Assembly: GCA_050015395.1 (NCBI GenBank)
Contig: JBEKBM010000035.1
Coordinates: forward strand, 1 to 19,875
DNA: 19,875 bases
Direction: 5' to 3'
DNA from: Candidatus Bathyarchaeia archaeon
GTDB lineage: Archaea; Thermoproteota; Bathyarchaeia; Bathyarchaeales; Bathycorpusculaceae
The notes beneath the pieces are model-generated. The model made no database searches and had not been told where the DNA came from. It saw only the letters and a list, made by a program, of their open reading frames with translations. Positions 16,456 through 19,875 of the stretch are shown here, piece after piece. Each line of letters opens with the position of its first letter. Positions within the stretch are counted from its first letter, which is position 1. The position numbers and the translations under genes were made by a program.

Positions 16456-17850
16456 GTGGAATACGCTTTCAAGGCTCTTTCAGTAGCAAAATTCGGCGGC
16501 AGCCTCTTAGACGTGGAAGGCAAAGGAATCCCTAAAATCATCAAGCAAATAAAAGAAATCAGCAAAAAAGACGGCTTTGGCCCAATCATTGTTTTTTCAG
16601 CGCCCATGGGCTGTACCGACGCGCTTATACGGATAGGTGAATCTTACGCGCAAGCATGCCCGCTTCCTCTTGAACCTGTTTTTGAAGTTTATGAAGGGCT
16701 AGCGAAGGCTCACGCTAAAGGAAAATGGCATAAACAAGCAGTAACTGAGTCGGCTAATTACAAGGCGTTAACGCAGGCTACTTTGGACTCAGTTAACAAA
16801 CGCTTCAGCGGCAACATTAAAGCAAGAATCCTAACTTTAGCAGGAGAACTCGCCATGTCCACATTAGCAGATTACATTTTAAAAAGCAACGGTTTAGACT
16901 CTTGCTGTGTCTCGCTGGAAGATTGGCCCATTGTCACTGACGACAACTTTGAGGATGCGATTCCTAATTACGAGTTAAGCAAAAAAAGAATCCACACCTT
17001 AATCGAACCGCTGGAAGATGGAAAAATAGTTTCTTTAGCAGGCTTCTTAGGCGTTACAGCCGATGGCCTTGAAACCATATTGGGCAGAGGCGGTTCAGAT
17101 TTAACGGCAGTTTTCACTTCCTGCCTCTTAAAAGACCTGTACGATACTGAAACATTATTGTACAAAGACGTACCAGTTCAAAGCGCTGACCCGAAAGTGG
17201 TGCATGGACAGAAGACTGAGCATGTTAAAGCGCTTACCTATAATGAAGCCCATAAAGCTTCAATGATGGGCATGAAAATAGTGCAGAGCCCAGCAATAGC
17301 CATGGCCAGACGCTTCACACAACCCTTAAAGGTGGTCCCGATTGATGAGCCTGAAATGTTCACAGTAATTGAGGCAGAAACAAGCGGCGGAGAAATAGTA
17401 AAATGCTTAACAGGCAAATCGGGCTGCGCAATCCTATCAATGAATGATGAGAAAAGCAGGTCGCTGGAAGATTCCTTGAGAATATGGGAAAAAAGAAATG
17501 ACTTCATGGATTTAGGCGCCGAAACCATGGAGACAGGGGAGCGGATTCGCGATTTCCTCTTCTTAGACTCAGACTTCATAAAGAAAAACGAGGAAAAACT
17601 TAAGGGCTTTGACGAAAACATGAAAATAGAATACGGCTTAGGCGTAGTCACTCTCATCGGCGACAGAATGAAGGATTCTCCAGGCGTAGCATCATTGGCT
17701 ATTAGCGCTATTTCAGGAATTAACATTAAACGCGGCATCTTTGCCCCTCACACATCACAAATAATAATAGTTGTCGAGGAAAAGAACGTTAACGCCACCG
17801 TTGCAGCCATCCACCTAAAGAAACAAGAAATGAACAAACAATCCCGTTAA
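16456..17850 (+). CDS. lysC: Aspartate kinase (amino-acid kinase domain plus C-terminal ACT-like domain)
   Basis: VAKFGGS, VFSAPMGCTDALI, LGRGGSDLTA, SADPKVV, LTYNEA. C-terminal VTLIGDRMKDSPGVA..IVVEE...VAAIH. Confidence 0.88.
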   Translation: MEYAFKALSVAKFGGSLLDVEGKGIPKIIKQIKEISKKDGFGPIIVFSAPMGCTDALIRIGESYAQACPLPLEPVFEVYEGLAKAHAKGKWHKQAVTESANYKALTQATLDSVNKRFSGNIKARILTLAGELAMSTLADYILKSNGLDSCCVSLEDWPIVTDDNFEDAIPNYELSKKRIHTLIEPLEDGKIVSLAGFLGVTADGLETILGRGGSDLTAVFTSCLLKDLYDTETLLYKDVPVQSADPKVVHGQKTEHVKALTYNEAHKASMMGMKIVQSPAIAMARRFTQPLKVVPIDEPEMFTVIEAETSGGEIVKCLTGKSGCAILSMNDEKSRSLEDSLRIWEKRNDFMDLGAETMETGERIRDFLFLDSDFIKKNEEKLKGFDENMKIEYGLGVVTLIGDRMKDSPGVASLAISAISGINIKRGIFAPHTSQIIIVVEEKNVNATVAAIHLKKQEMNKQSR

Positions 17851-18164
17851 CAGCAAAGAATCCATAATTTTTTTCTATGTTATTACAAAATTAGTTCATG
17901 TCCAAAAATTTTTGAGGCTTAAACAGTTTTTCACCGCGTTAACGTTAACATCATTGTTAAAATAACAAAACACCCGTTTTACATGATGCCGCTTGATTTT
18001 TTCTGCCCAGTCTTTAAGCTCATAAGGTTTTCATTTCTAAAGCGCCTCAGAAAACACTCGGAAAACGCCCACAGCAAGCATTCTGCACCCAGAGTAAGGA
18101 GCCGGACTTACCCAAACAGGTTCAAGTCCCAATGAAAACCGAACTACGGTAAAGCGATTTTTCG

Positions 18165-18728
18165 TTATTTGGTTTTTGATTTTTCTGAATTAAGGTATTG
18201 GGTCACGTGAGATGATGGATTTGAAGGGGCCGCATTATGAACAGCAGTGGTCTGGGTTTTGCTTTTGCGATGCAGGACAAAGATTATCAGAAGGCTTCCT
18301 AATACGGCAATAATTACTGTTATCAGCACGTAGTTTAGTGATGTTCCTGTTGAATTGTTGCTGCCTGGGATCACTGGGTTTGTCACATACGAGAATGTCA
18401 CATCAATCGAGTTGGACAGGTCGTTCTCGAAATTCAGCGTGTAGGTTCCGTTTTGCTGCGCGACGAAACCGAATGTCGTGGTTTTATCAATTATGCCTAA
18501 GTTAACAATTTCAGCGTAGTTGGGATCGCTCACCCAAAAGCGAACACTGCCAGTGGTAGAGATTGTGCCGTTAAATGTGGTTCCTTGAGGTAGCACATAC
18601 TGTAATTGGTTTGATGATGCGGAAAGAGTGAAGGTTGGAACTGTAGTGGCAAACGCTGAAACAGCCATCAATGACGCTAACAGCAGAACTGCCGATGCGG
18701 TAGACATTAGTAATTTGGTTTTTTTCAT
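18165..18728 (-). CDS. Single-pass membrane protein with emp24/gp25L/p24 (GOLD)-like domain
   Basis: Start reassigned to the ATG at 18726-18728 (MKKTKLL.. signal peptide). VRFWVSDPN...FGFVAQQNGTYTLNFEN is GOLD-like. C-terminal TM helix with a basic tail. Confidence 0.7.
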   Translation of the reverse strand: MKKTKLLMSTASAVLLLASLMAVSAFATTVPTFTLSASSNQLQYVLPQGTTFNGTISTTGSVRFWVSDPNYAEIVNLGIIDKTTTFGFVAQQNGTYTLNFENDLSNSIDVTFSYVTNPVIPGSNNSTGTSLNYVLITVIIAVLGSLLIIFVLHRKSKTQTTAVHNAAPSNPSSHVTQYLNSEKSKTK

Positions 18729-18843
18729 TTTCCCAACCGACAGATGCTTTAGAGAAGTTAAGACAGAGCTTAATAAAAATCGCGTTGAAAAAGAGAAAAA
18801 ATAACTTGGCTGAGCCATAAATATGAGTTGGACATTTTGAAAG

Positions 18844-18865
18844 TGGACCGGGCGGGATTTGAACC
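18844..18865 (-). other. tRNA-Ala 3'-end fragment (22 bp), att-site-like duplication
   Basis: The minus strand GGTTCAAATCCCGCCCGGTCCA is a T-loop, 3' T-stem, acceptor strand CCGGTCC (U70 of the Ala G3:U70 pair) and discriminator A. No D or anticodon arm upstream. Confidence 0.75.
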
Positions 18866-19465
18866 GTGTAGGGTTCAAACCACAAAGCTCATTTGTTAAA
18901 ATTTGCCGAATAAGCTATTTTTTGTAAGTTATACTGAGATTTGGGAATATCTGACCCTATTTGATTTGGGTTCAAACCATTGTTCGCTTTCAAGCCAAGC
19001 TTTAGTTCAAGTGATCAGATCCACCGCGTAACAGTAAGGTTCGAGTCCAACGGAAACCTGCTGAGCAACCGCTTTTTATACTGCTAAATTCCCCCGTCTT
19101 TTTTTTCTAACTTTATAAAATGCTGACGAAATAACTTATTAACAAACATGCAATCACTACAGCTACCGCTAAGGCAATAATGCCCCTGCTTCGCATAAAA
19201 CTTGAGCAAATGATCGTTAAATAAAAAATTACTGAAAAATCTCGCTAACACAAAGTTTGTTCAACAAAAATACAAGACTCATAAAAACAGTTGAAAAAAG
19301 GGGATTTGGACAATGGGTACTCAAGTAAGCTTTTGCTCGTAAAGTCATCTTACAGATGTCCACCGCTAACACCAGACCTCATTTTTGATGATTTGCAGCA
19401 GTTTTTCGGTTCCAGCATTTCTTACTCACTCCAAGTTACCCGCATTTTCCCTTTTTTCGGTCCTC

Positions 19466-19875
19466 TTAGCTGACCACTTTCCTGAATAGGTACAGGGTGG
19501 CGCCGAAAGTCACAATTGCAATCACTCCGATTACAGCGTAAGCAGAAGCAAACGTACTCCAAGTCAACCCTCCCTCGACTAAGCCCCTTGTTACGTTAGA
19601 AACATAACTCAATGGGTTGTAGTCAGAAACGGTTCGCGCCCAAAGAGGCATGATTGATGTGGGAAAGAGACCGCTGCTAATAAAGATAAGTGGTAAGGCT
19701 ATAATATTGGACACTGCTGATAGAGTTTCTGCGTTCTTTGTCTTCAAGCCCAAGGCAAGTGAAAGCCCAAACCAAGCAAGTCCGAAGAAGGCAAAAGTCA
19801 CGAAAATGAGTAAGAGTCCACCGACCCCGGTTGCGATTCTAAGACCCAGCAGCATTGCCACTCCAATTATTATGG
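19466..19875 (-). CDS. ABC-2 type transporter permease (DrrB-like), 5' end outside the window
   Basis: Hydrophobic helices with PLIFISSGLFP..MPLWARTVSDYNPLSY, the ABC-2 permease C-terminal motif. The frame is open to the window edge. Confidence 0.88.
   Translation of the reverse strand, partial: IIIGVAMLLGLRIATGVGGLLLIFVTFAFFGLAWFGLSLALGLKTKNAETLSAVSNIIALPLIFISSGLFPTSIMPLWARTVSDYNPLSYVSNVTRGLVEGGLTWSTFASAYAVIGVIAIVTFGATLYLFRKVVS

Noticed and set aside
17238-17738. 166-aa minus-strand ORF and similar short antisense or alternative-frame ORFs (639-920, 1822-2034, 4867-5061, 5320-5586, 8720-9010, 15152-15444)
   Set aside because: They overlap well-supported genes on the opposite strand and show no independent coding evidence.
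18729-18878. N-terminal 50 aa of the 237-aa ORF
   Set aside because: It runs through the tRNA fragment and T-rich intergenic DNA. The signal peptide starts at the ATG at 18728.
18844-18920. Complete tRNA gene
   Set aside because: Only the last 22 nt are present, with no 5' acceptor strand, D arm or anticodon arm.

Overview
Archaeal accessory region. The lineage is probably Bathyarchaeia, inferred from the GGTGA/GGAGG ribosome-binding sites, TATA-type promoters, oligo-T terminators and the InlB-repeat, GOLD-like and zinc-ribbon membrane proteins. Left to right: (1) the first gene of a type I-B CRISPR-Cas operon that runs off the left edge (Cas8b-like, with a likely internally initiated Cas11); (2) a frameshifted PH-like pseudogene; (3) a surface protein and a divergent GT-C glycosyltransferase; (4) a zinc-ribbon membrane protein; (5) a decayed type I restriction HsdR C-terminus; (6) a helical protein plus large PIN-domain protein pair; (7) a virus-derived minus-strand operon, TerS-like / TerL / truncated ParB-N / ParB-N / ABC ATPase / GNAT, with no portal or capsid genes; (8) a radical SAM/SPASM enzyme, a DCD-like protein, a GC-rich structured intergenic element and aspartate kinase; (9) a GOLD-like membrane protein between tRNA T-loop-like inverted repeats, one of which contains a tRNA-Ala 3' end (att-like); (10) a partial ABC-2 permease. 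The strongest unexplained signal is at the ABC ATPase-GNAT junction. It has the architecture of a programmed -1 frameshift (A_AAA_AAA, 7-nt spacer, long hairpin), and the same gene appears to lack a canonical start codon (ACG behind a GGAGG). All family assignments come from motif recognition, not database searches.
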